Positions 19,284 through 26,740 of a DNA stretch of 32,000 nucleotides are shown one piece after another. The notes below the pieces were generated by a model that was not told the DNA's origin, searched no databases, and saw nothing but the letters and a program-made list of their open reading frames with translations. Position numbers and translations under genes: made by a program. Within the stretch, counting starts at the first letter, position 1, and each line of letters opens with the position of its first letter. The stretch covers positions 780,001 through 812,000 of the forward strand of contig NC_003450.3 in the NCBI RefSeq assembly GCF_000011325.1, in the 5' to 3' direction. Origin of the DNA: Corynebacterium glutamicum ATCC 13032. Its GTDB lineage: Bacteria > Actinomycetota > Actinomycetes > Mycobacteriales > Mycobacteriaceae.

Positions 19284-19694
19284 ATGCGCGGACTAATTGT
19301 TGACTACGCTGGAGTACTAGACGGAACCGATGAGGACCAGCGTCGCTGGCGCAACCTGCTCGCCGCAGCAAAGAAAAATGGCGTCGGAACCGTGATCCTC
19401 AGCAACGATCCAGGTGGGCTCGGCGCAGCGCCGATCCGGGAACTCGAAACAAACGGGGTAGTCGATAAGGTGCTGCTGTCGGGAGAACTTGGCGTCGAAA
19501 AGCCAGAGGAAGCAGCTTTCCAGGCCGCCGCAGACGCCATCGACCTGCCCATGCGTGACTGCGTGCTTGTCGACGACTCGATCCTCAACGTGCGCGGCGC
19601 CGTCGAAGCCGGACTCGTAGGCGTCTACTACCAGCAATTTGACCGTGCAGTCGTCGAAATCGTCGGACTGTTCGGGCTAGAAGGAGAATTCTAA
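19284..19694 (+). CDS. Small cap-less HAD-superfamily hydrolase-like protein
   Basis: ATG 19284 follows AGAAAGGGAA. Motif I-like is IVDYAGVLDG, motif II is VILSND, the motif III Lys is in GVEKPE, and motif IV is LVDDS. The ORF-track start at 19020 adds 88 non-homologous residues. Confidence 0.75.
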   Translation: MRGLIVDYAGVLDGTDEDQRRWRNLLAAAKKNGVGTVILSNDPGGLGAAPIRELETNGVVDKVLLSGELGVEKPEEAAFQAAADAIDLPMRDCVLVDDSILNVRGAVEAGLVGVYYQQFDRAVVEIVGLFGLEGEF

Positions 19695-19696
19695 TC

Positions 19697-20203
19697 TTGC
19701 GCGTCTACATCCCAGCAACGTTTTCCACACTCCGCGGACTCAATGAATCCCGCGTCATCACAGCACGCTCCGGATACGGTTTCGCAGTCACCCCAGCACT
19801 CCTTGACTTCTACACCGACGGTGACGAAGAAGAAATCGCACATGCAGCCTTCCAAGACGCCGCAGAAGCCTCCATCCGACTCCTCGCAATCGGCGACGAA
19901 GAAACATTTCCCTACCGCAGAGTCGTCGTCTCAGTAGATGTTGACGACTCCGTGGTGACCTACCAGCCTGAAAACGGCGAATCCGTAGTCAAACTCAGCC
20001 CAGCGCACATCAACCTCGACGACGTGGCAGCAATCCACATCGACGTTGAAGCCTCCGAAGCAGACACCAAAAAAGCTATCGAAGTCATCGACGAATCCGA
20101 CCTCGGCGAAGAAGACGCCGAACTCACCGTCGGAGACGCCCAAGACAACTTCATGGCCTGGTACGACCCAGAAGAGCTCCCCTTCCTAGTCGAGCTCCTC
20201 TAG
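19697..20203 (+). CDS. Conserved acidic hypothetical protein
   Basis: 168-aa ORF. The TTG start lies about 9 nt after GAAGGAGAA, which sits in the last codons of the HAD gene. The protein is very acidic with an Asp/Glu-rich C-terminal half. No function could be assigned. Confidence 0.65.
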   Translation: MRVYIPATFSTLRGLNESRVITARSGYGFAVTPALLDFYTDGDEEEIAHAAFQDAAEASIRLLAIGDEETFPYRRVVVSVDVDDSVVTYQPENGESVVKLSPAHINLDDVAAIHIDVEASEADTKKAIEVIDESDLGEEDAELTVGDAQDNFMAWYDPEELPFLVELL

Positions 20204-20204
20204 A

Positions 20205-21194
20205 TCACATATCCCACGCGTCGTTGCTCCTCAACGCAACGAGCAACGCACGCACCGCCTCAACACGACGCGCACTCGCACCCTCCAGGCGATCCAACGC
20301 ACAACCAGGATCCGCCGGAGGACCCAAATGCGAACACCCACGAGGACAATCCTCCGCCGCTAAAGCCAAATCGTCGAACACACCAACCACAGTGTCCGCA
20401 TCAACATGCGCCAAACCAAACGAACGAATACCCGGCGTATCGATAATCCAACCATTATCAATGGCAAGAGCGACCGACTGCGTCGACGTATGCCGACCCT
20501 TGCCAACCCCCGACACGACACCAGTCTCACGATCGGCATCCGGCACCAAACGATTCACCAACGTCGACTTACCCACACCAGAATGCCCAATAAGCGCCGT
20601 AATATGGCCCTCCACGACCTCCAAAACAGGATCAAGAGGATCATCAACACCACAAACAACAACCGGCACTTCCAAAGCCTCAAACTCCGCAGCGAACTCC
20701 GCAGGATCCGCCAAATCAGACTTCGTCAAACACAACACCGGCTGCAAATTACCAACAAACGCAGCAATTAGAGCACGCTCCACAAAACCCGCCCGAGGCG
20801 GCGGATCGGCGACAGCAGAAACAATCAACAACTGATCCGCATTAGCCACCACAATCCGCTCAAACGGGTCCGTGTCATCAGCCGTACGACGCAACACACT
20901 CGTGCGCTCCTCAAGGCGGACAATTCGAGCCAACGAGCCCGGACGGCCAGACGTATCGCCGACAACTCCGACACGATCACCCACTTCGATAGCCGTACGC
21001 CCCAACTCACGGGCACGCATCGTCACAATGGCATCTTGACGACCATCGAGAACAACACCCCAACGACCACGATCCTTCGTCACAACCATGCCCACTAGAG
21101 CATTCTCATGCGATGGCCGATCCTTCGTACGAGGGCGGGTACCTTTACCTGGGCGAACACGAACATCGGATTCGTCATAGCTGCGTCTAGCCAA
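20205..21194 (-). CDS. rsgA: Ribosome small-subunit-dependent GTPase RsgA (circularly permuted GTPase)
   Basis: Motifs occur in the permuted order G4 LTKSDL, then G1 GHSGVGKST, then G3 DTPG. The C-terminal zinc motif is [17 protein letters not shown] favour TTG 21194 because GGGAGGAG lies just upstream. The alternative ATG 21212 has no SD. Either start overlaps the aroA 3' end. Confidence 0.85.
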   Translation of the reverse strand: MARRSYDESDVRVRPGKGTRPRTKDRPSHENALVGMVVTKDRGRWGVVLDGRQDAIVTMRARELGRTAIEVGDRVGVVGDTSGRPGSLARIVRLEERTSVLRRTADDTDPFERIVVANADQLLIVSAVADPPPRAGFVERALIAAFVGNLQPVLCLTKSDLADPAEFAAEFEALEVPVVVCGVDDPLDPVLEVVEGHITALIGHSGVGKSTLVNRLVPDADRETGVVSGVGKGRHTSTQSVALAIDNGWIIDTPGIRSFGLAHVDADTVVGVFDDLALAAEDCPRGCSHLGPPADPGCALDRLEGASARRVEAVRALLVALRSNDAWDM

Positions 21195-22479
21195 CCATCT
21201 CCTCCCAAACATTTTCAAAACCAGGGAAAGTTTTGGAAGTGGTCTTAATGTCTTCAACCTGAACGCCATCAACCGCGAGGCCAATGATCGCACCAGCAGT
21301 AGCCATACGGTGATCAGCATATGAATGCCACACACCACCGTGCAGCGACGCAGGCTCAATCAACAGACCATCCTTAAGCTCAGTGCACTTTCCACCAAGT
21401 TTGTTGATCTCCGCAGTCAACGCAGCCAAACGATCCGTCTCATGGCCACGAAGATGAGCAATACCGGTCAAACGAGACTCTGTCGACGCCAACGCAGCCA
21501 ACGCCGCCACGGTAGGGGTCAACTCACCGATATCGGACATATCGATCTCAATGCCCTTGAGAGCAACCGGACCAGTCACCGACAGATCGTAACCTTCACC
21601 CTGAGCAACCAGCTCAACTTCGCAGCCCATGCGCTCAAGAATCGAACGAATAGCATCGCCAGGCTGAGTAGTTTTGATTGGCCAGTGGTTAATCTTGATG
21701 GTTCCACCAGTGACCGCAGCGGCAGCTAGGAACGGAGTCGCATTAGAAAGATCCGGCTCAATGCGCCAGGTCCGACCCAAGATCTCACCAGGATGAACAA
21801 CCCACTGATTTTCTGACTCTTCGATCTCAATGCCTGCGGAACGAAGCATATCGACGGTCATCTCAATATGCGGCATGCTCGGCAGACGACCACCGACGTG
21901 CTTAACGGTGACGCCATTTTTAAAACGAGGCGCTGAAAGCAAAAGACCAGAAACAAACTGAGATGAGCCGGAAGCATCAATCTCAACCACGCCACCCTCA
22001 GGGACCTCACCAGCATTAACAGTGAAAGGCAGATTGTTGTTGTCTACCTCCACACCAAGCGAACGCAGCGCATCCAAAATGCTGGTCATCGGACGAACAC
22101 GAGCTTGAGGATCGCCATCAAAATGAACAGGACCATCAGCGAAAGCAGCAACAGGAGGCAAAAAGCGCATGACCGTACCAGCAAGACCACACTCAACGGA
22201 GCCAGCAGACAACTGTCCGGGCTCAACGCGGTAGCGATCGACTGCCTCTTCAGTAATGGTGATTCCGAGGCTGCGTAGACCATCAGTCATGAGATCGGTA
22301 TCACGACTACGAAGGACATCAATGATGGTGGATGGAGTTGATGCGAGCGCAGCCAAGATGAGGGCGCGGTTGGTGATCGACTTGGAACCAGGGATAGCCA
22401 GGTCCGAGACTATGGGGCCGCGAGCGCGCGGAGCATCCCAAATGGGCAAAGAGATAGACGAATCAGACACAAAGACCAT
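21187..22479 (-). CDS. aroA: 3-phosphoshikimate 1-carboxyvinyltransferase (EPSP synthase)
   Basis: The start is set at ATG 22479, giving 430 aa. The protein begins MVFVSDSS... and carries [27 protein letters not shown] and [13 protein letters not shown]. The ORF-track start at 22602 adds 41 aa with no homology and overlaps the divergent SRAP gene. Confidence 0.92.
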   Translation of the reverse strand: MVFVSDSSISLPIWDAPRARGPIVSDLAIPGSKSITNRALILAALASTPSTIIDVLRSRDTDLMTDGLRSLGITITEEAVDRYRVEPGQLSAGSVECGLAGTVMRFLPPVAAFADGPVHFDGDPQARVRPMTSILDALRSLGVEVDNNNLPFTVNAGEVPEGGVVEIDASGSSQFVSGLLLSAPRFKNGVTVKHVGGRLPSMPHIEMTVDMLRSAGIEIEESENQWVVHPGEILGRTWRIEPDLSNATPFLAAAAVTGGTIKINHWPIKTTQPGDAIRSILERMGCEVELVAQGEGYDLSVTGPVALKGIEIDMSDIGELTPTVAALAALASTESRLTGIAHLRGHETDRLAALTAEINKLGGKCTELKDGLLIEPASLHGGVWHSYADHRMATAGAIIGLAVDGVQVEDIKTTSKTFPGFENVWEEMVG

Positions 22480-22489
22480 AATAGATGTT

Positions 22490-23131
22490 ATGTGTGGAAG
22501 ATTTGTTTTGTTCACCACCGGTGATTCGCTTATTGATGCAACCGAGATAGCACTTGACCGATCAGTCGTGGCTCCGCAAGGAACTCCGGGACCGCGATAC
22601 AACCTTGCTCCGACTCAGATAATTCCGATCGTTCGCCCCGGGGAAGAGATGCTTTTGGAACCGGCGCGTTGGGGATTGTTTCCGCATTGGAAGAAGGATG
22701 ATTCAGGTCCTCCGCTTTTTAATGCACGTGGCGAGACGGTGGCGGAGAAGCCGTCGTTTCGTGATGCATTTAAACAGCAGCGTTGTTTAATTCCGATGGA
22801 TGGTTATTACGAATGGCACGATAAGAAGCCTCATTTTGTTTCTTTAGGTGATGAGCTGATGTGGGCTGCGGGTTTGTGGTCGACTGGTTTAGATCAGATG
22901 TCGGCGACGATGGTGACGACCGAATCTGTGGAGCCGATTGCATGGTTGCATAATCGTTTGCCACGGTTTTTGGAGCATGACGAGTTGGAGCAATGGCTGT
23001 TTGGTACAGCTGAGGAAGCTAAAGAGATGTTGCATCCGGTTTCTCAAGAGTGGGTGAAGCGCTTGAGTGTCCGAGAGGTGTCGTCTGATGTGGGGAACGT
23101 GCGTAACGATCACGCTGGCTTGCTGGATTAG
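22490..23131 (+). CDS. SOS-response-associated peptidase (SRAP/YedK-like abasic-site sensor)
   Basis: The start is set at ATG 22490, so the protein begins MCGRF. An obligatory Cys2 is the SRAP hallmark. It also has [22 protein letters not shown] and [11 protein letters not shown]. Length is 213 aa. Confidence 0.85.
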   Translation: MCGRFVLFTTGDSLIDATEIALDRSVVAPQGTPGPRYNLAPTQIIPIVRPGEEMLLEPARWGLFPHWKKDDSGPPLFNARGETVAEKPSFRDAFKQQRCLIPMDGYYEWHDKKPHFVSLGDELMWAAGLWSTGLDQMSATMVTTESVEPIAWLHNRLPRFLEHDELEQWLFGTAEEAKEMLHPVSQEWVKRLSVREVSSDVGNVRNDHAGLLD

Positions 23132-24240
23132 GCGGCGATTCGACGCTCCATGTATTTGCCGAACTTTGTCCCCCAGGTTTTATTCGATTTAGATAAAGGC
23201 CCGTCGGGGATGGAGAACACCGGTATTCCATCCACTAGGAATAGGACGGTGCCGTCCGGTAGTGGATAGCACTGGAGCCTCCCTTCAGTCTTCTGGATGT
23301 GGTGGAAGACACACAGGGGATGAATATTCCACGGTGTTGTCGGCCCTCCTTCACCCCAGGGGATGATGTGGTCCAGTTGGCAGTTTTCGACCGCTACACT
23401 GCAGCCAGGGACGCTACAGGTGGTGCGTAGACCTTTGATGTAGACGCGCATTTCTCGGGTTGGAGCGTAGGCGGTGGTGTAAGAGAAGTGGGCGGCGTCC
23501 ATATCCCGACTGGACGTGGTTCGGGTTTTCCAGAACTCAGACTGTTCCTTTGACAGCCAGGTTCCTCCTTCTAAGTATTCAGGGCTGTCTTTGGTGCCGT
23601 AGGTGTTGAGTACGACTTTTGTCGGCAGGCCACGAATGATGTGGAGTAGGGAAGTGCCTGGTGTGCAGTCCTTATCTTTGGACATTTGTTCCAGGGCAGC
23701 TTTGATTTCTGTTACTTCGCTGGCGGTGGCATCGACGGTGATACTGATCCCGCCTTTGTTGTTTCTGCGGTAGCGGATGGAGCCATCATTGGTGGCTGAG
23801 GAGGCCTTGTCGTCGGGGCAGTGTTGTGCGATAAATTTCCGCATCATTGCGGAAATTGAGCTTGCCTGGGGCAAGCACTGAGCCTCCGCTCGAGGCGTCA
23901 GGTAATCGACGAGGTAGGCGTCGAAAAGCTCTCTCTTCTCGCTTGGCACTTTTTCGCCAGCTTTAGTGATCGCGTTGATGCGCGCCATGTCGAGATGACC
24001 AAGCTTTTCGACGAGTTTGTGGAAGTTGGGTAAGTACGGCAGGAAGCAGATGCTAAATAAACAAGCGGCGATCAGTTTGCGGGATAAGCCTGTGCGCACG
24101 CATATTTTGTTGATGGCTGTGGCTAAATCATCGTCATCTTTGGGGCGTAATCGATGCCAAAATGCGAGGTCACGGCGATTAGTCTCAACAATTTCGGTGC
24201 TTAAAGGATCCTGCGGATTATTGACGGTGAAGTAGAACAT
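23128..24240 (-). CDS. DUF222 + HNH endonuclease domain protein (mycobacterial REP13E12-type family)
   Basis: 370-aa ORF with SD GGGGGA upstream of the ATG. The C-terminal HNH is CSVPGCSVAVENCQLDHIIPWGEGGPTTPWNIHPLCVFHHIQKTEG, with the Cys/His ligands and the catalytic His and Asn intact. The N-terminal roughly 250 aa resemble DUF222. Confidence 0.8.
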   Translation of the reverse strand: MFYFTVNNPQDPLSTEIVETNRRDLAFWHRLRPKDDDDLATAINKICVRTGLSRKLIAACLFSICFLPYLPNFHKLVEKLGHLDMARINAITKAGEKVPSEKRELFDAYLVDYLTPRAEAQCLPQASSISAMMRKFIAQHCPDDKASSATNDGSIRYRRNNKGGISITVDATASEVTEIKAALEQMSKDKDCTPGTSLLHIIRGLPTKVVLNTYGTKDSPEYLEGGTWLSKEQSEFWKTRTTSSRDMDAAHFSYTTAYAPTREMRVYIKGLRTTCSVPGCSVAVENCQLDHIIPWGEGGPTTPWNIHPLCVFHHIQKTEGRLQCYPLPDGTVLFLVDGIPVFSIPDGPLSKSNKTWGTKFGKYMERRIAA

Positions 24241-24372
24241 TGTTTCCCCCTAGATTTGAAGTGGTACATATGTTCTAACTGATGTGGTGGACACGCGGGG
24301 GTAGAGTAAAGTCTAAGCAACAGCTCACGTGGCTTTACAGCTACCCCCGAAAGGTCTGTTTTTTATCGGAAG

Positions 24373-24378
24373 TAGAAT
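24373..24378 (+). promoter_or_regulatory. Candidate -10 box (TAGAAT) for sigH
   Basis: TAGAAT lies 30 nt upstream of the sigH ATG. No clear -35 was found. Pattern match only. Confidence 0.3.
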
Positions 24379-24407
24379 AGTCAACACGCATTTTCGAAAG
24401 GGGCCAC

Positions 24408-25028
24408 ATGGCTGAAAACCGAACCGGCACAGTCGATGGAGACGCGTTGGCTGCCCGCTTTGAAGAGGAGGCACTGCCACTCCTTGACCAGCTCTATGGC
24501 GGTGCTCTGCGCATGACTAGAAATCCCGCAGATGCGGAAGATCTCGTGCAAGACACCTATATCAAGGCGTACCAGGCGTTCGCGAGCTTCAAACCAGGCA
24601 CCAACCTGAAGGCTTGGCTCTATCGGATCATGACGAATACCTACATCAACATGTACCGAAAGAAACAGAGGCAGCCATCGCAAACCTCTGCCGATGAGAT
24701 CACTGACTACCAGCTCGTTGAATCTCAATCGCATACCTCAACAGGGCTGGAATCCGCCGAGGTTGAGGCTCTGAAAAATCTGCCAGACGGAAAAATTGGC
24801 GATGCAATGAATCAACTCAGCCCGGAATACCGGATGGTGGTTTATTATGCCGATGTAGAAGATCTCGCATACAAAGAAATCGCCGAGATCATGGACGTTC
24901 CACTCGGAACTGTGATGTCCCGACTCCATCGTGGAAGAAAACAGCTCCGAGGAATGTTAAAGGAAGTAGCGAAGGAACAAGGCATTGGTCTTGAACATCC
25001 CGACATGAAGAAAAATTCGGAGGCATAA
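24408..25028 (+). CDS. sigH: ECF sigma factor SigH
   Basis: 206-aa ORF. Region 2 is [14 protein letters not shown]...[16 protein letters not shown]. Region 4 is [30 protein letters not shown] anti-sigma gene follows immediately. Confidence 0.93.
   Translation: MAENRTGTVDGDALAARFEEEALPLLDQLYGGALRMTRNPADAEDLVQDTYIKAYQAFASFKPGTNLKAWLYRIMTNTYINMYRKKQRQPSQTSADEITDYQLVESQSHTSTGLESAEVEALKNLPDGKIGDAMNQLSPEYRMVVYYADVEDLAYKEIAEIMDVPLGTVMSRLHRGRKQLRGMLKEVAKEQGIGLEHPDMKKNSEA
24933..24958 (+). promoter_or_regulatory. Candidate SigH-type promoter (GGAAGA-N16-TGTT) inside the sigH 3' end, reading into rshA
   Basis: GGAAGA at 24933-24938 and TGTT at 24955-24958, about 73 nt upstream of the rshA ATG. This matches the GGAA...GTT architecture of SigH/SigE-type ECF promoters. 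Confidence 0.45.
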
Positions 25029-25030
25029 CG

Positions 25031-25300
25031 ATGACGAATCTCAACCGCAGCGACTCGCAAGGTGATTGTGGCTGCCCTGAATTCTTCGATGAAATGTATC
25101 AGCTACTCGACGATCAACTCAGCGAGTCCGCCTGCGAGCGTCTGCGGATTCACGCGGCAGGCTGCCCGGCATGCCAGCAACTGCTAGAGGCCGAATCGGA
25201 GTTTCGTAGTCTGTTGCGCAAGTGCTGCTGCGAATCGGCACCTGTGGAGCTCCGTCAGCGAATTTCTTACCGAATTCGTGTCGAGCATCATCTGGAATAG
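25031..25300 (+). CDS. rshA: Anti-sigma factor RshA (zinc-associated anti-sigma, ZAS)
   Basis: 89-aa ORF beginning 2 nt after the sigH stop, with GGAGG upstream. The ZAS motif H-x3-C-x2-C is present as HAAGCPAC, and there are additional Cys residues. Confidence 0.9.
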   Translation: MTNLNRSDSQGDCGCPEFFDEMYQLLDDQLSESACERLRIHAAGCPACQQLLEAESEFRSLLRKCCCESAPVELRQRISYRIRVEHHLE

Positions 25301-25304
25301 AAAA

Positions 25305-25337
25305 AACCGCCTGGAAGAAAATGTCTTCCAGGCGGTT
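25305..25337. terminator. Bidirectional rho-independent terminator shared by rshA (+) and the bL37-like gene (-)
   Basis: 14-bp perfect stem: AACCGCCTGGAAGA (25305-25318) pairs with TCTTCCAGGCGGTT (25324-25337). It is flanked by AAAAAA on the left and a T-rich run, ACTCTTTCTT, on the right. Confidence 0.85.
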
Positions 25338-25345
25338 ACTCTTTC

Positions 25346-25420
25346 TTAAGAGTTAGGGCGACGTCCGTGGTTCGCGCCCTTCTTGCGACGATCCTTACGC
25401 TTACGTCCTCGCTTGCTCAT
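25346..25420 (-). CDS. 24-aa Lys/Arg-rich protein MSKRGRKRKDRRKKGANHGRRPNS; probable 50S ribosomal protein bL37
   Basis: I translated it by hand because it is below the ORF-track size cut-off. The ATG at 25420-25418 is preceded by AAGGAGGA plus 3 nt. The stop is TAA at 25348-25346. It ends at the bidirectional terminator. The sequence closely resembles my memory of the mycobacterial bL37 peptide. Confidence 0.75.
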   Translation of the reverse strand: MSKRGRKRKDRRKKGANHGRRPNS

Positions 25421-25459
25421 GAGTCCTCCTTTTAGTTCAAATGTTGATCAACTGTAGAT

Positions 25460-25488
25460 ACTTTAGCGGGTGCTCATCAGCGGAACAA
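25460..25488 (-). promoter_or_regulatory. Candidate sigma-A promoter for the bL37-like gene (-35 TTGTTC, 17-nt spacer, -10 TAAAGT)
   Basis: On the minus strand the -35 TTGTTC is the complement of 25483-25488 and the -10 TAAAGT is the complement of 25460-25465. Pattern match only. Confidence 0.3.
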
Positions 25489-25531
25489 AGATGAGGTTAC
25501 GCAGCGGGAAAAATGTAGTTGTGAAAGTTGT

Positions 25532-25792
25532 TTAAACTGCGATGCGTGCGCGACCGCGGCCACGGTTCTTGCGGCGCTTGAGAGCGCGACGCTCGTCTTC
25601 GCTCATGCCACCCCAAACGCCAGCATCCTGACCGGTTTCCAGCGCCCATGCAAGGCACTGGGAGGTAACTGGGCAGCGGTTGCAGACCATCTTTGCGGAT
25701 GCGATCTGTGCGAGTGCTGGGCCGGAGTTGCCGACTGGGAAGAACAGTTCGGGATCCTCTTCACGGCAGATTGCTTCGTGGCGCCAATCCAT
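25532..25792 (-). CDS. whcE: WhiB-family Fe-S transcription factor (WhiB1/WhcE type)
   Basis: The start is set at ATG 25792 after AAGGAG, giving 86 aa. The protein begins MDWRHEAICREEDPELFFP and carries CNRCPVTSQC, GVWGG and the basic tail RRALKRRKNRGRGRARIAV. It is adjacent to sigH-rshA, as in other actinobacteria. Confidence 0.9.
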   Translation of the reverse strand: MDWRHEAICREEDPELFFPVGNSGPALAQIASAKMVCNRCPVTSQCLAWALETGQDAGVWGGMSEDERRALKRRKNRGRGRARIAV

Positions 25793-26045
25793 TTCGATAA
25801 CTCCTTTTCGTAAAAGCCTGTTGTTGTCACTGGTCCGGGCGCGCAGGAAGGAGACCATCTAGTGGCCTGAAGAGTGGATTTCACAACCCGCGATCGATAA
25901 ATACGGACGCTCTTTGCGTCCTGCCGTTTACCTGGGGTTCATCTTGCGCTGCACCGGTGTTAAGAATCAGTTTTTTCTGAGTTCTTTTTGGTACTTGAAA
26001 ATAGTCTCATGTACACCCGCTGTTGGCTAGACCTAGACCCCATTT

Positions 26046-26061
26046 TGTGAGGTAATTCACA
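26046..26061. promoter_or_regulatory. Perfect CRP/GlxR-type palindrome TGTGAGGTAATTCACA
   Basis: It matches TGTGA-N6-TCACA, and also the GlxR form TGTGAnnTAnnTCACA, at every specified position. It lies in the 525-bp AT-rich divergent region between whcE and the 26318 gene. Confidence 0.6.
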
Positions 26062-26317
26062 TATTCAGGCCGAGTTTTAATCGAATTCAAGGCATATATT
26101 GTGGGGTGGAACACATTGCCCTGCTGTTTGAGGCGTGTTAAAAGGCGGACTACCTGTAGTTTCTTGAAAACTAGAGAAAGAACACTCTCGCCCGATGTGT
26201 CAAATCCCCTTAAAGCTTTCACCGGAAAGTATTGTCACCTGGTGCAATATAAAAGTTAACCAACCAGTCATCCAATATGTCGCCTAAGTAGTCTTCCCAA
26301 AGTTAACAGCTAGAATC

Positions 26318-26740
26318 ATGGCCGTGACTTCTCCGAACATGCCTGCATCAATTCGCTGGGGCGGCATCGTCGCCCTCATTCAATCCACCATCGGATTCGG
26401 TTACGCCTTTTTCCTTATTTACAGGGAAGCTACGGGCGAGACGGATCCAAGCATCGTCTACGAAACCGATAACGCCAACACGTGGGTTGGCTACGGTACC
26501 GCTGCATTCTTCATCATTGTGTTCGGAACGGTTGTTGCAGGCGCAATCAACATGATGAAGGGGCATCGCTGGGGACGCGGAGCTGTCGTCATGCTGAATA
26601 TTATTTTGTTGCCGGCTGCGTATTACATGTTTATCGAAGGCCGATTCTCCTGGGCGATCGTCACAGGAATCTCAGCTCTCTTCGTTTTGGGCGCACTGTT
26701 TAATAAGCGCGCCGTCCTTTGGGCTAACAACGAGATCTAG
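26318..26740 (+). CDS. Small integral membrane protein (about 4 TM helices)
   Basis: 140-aa ORF with four hydrophobic segments, for example GGIVALIQSTIGFGYAFFLIY and GTAAFFIIVFGTVVAGAI. There is no SD, so the start is uncertain. Confidence 0.65.
   Translation: MAVTSPNMPASIRWGGIVALIQSTIGFGYAFFLIYREATGETDPSIVYETDNANTWVGYGTAAFFIIVFGTVVAGAINMMKGHRWGRGAVVMLNIILLPAAYYMFIEGRFSWAIVTGISALFVLGALFNKRAVLWANNEI

Noticed and set aside
26007-26222. The 71-aa minus-strand ORF in the whcE upstream region.
   Set aside because: It has a GTG start without an SD and an AT-rich atypical composition, and it contains the GlxR palindrome. It is more plausibly regulatory DNA or a 5' UTR.
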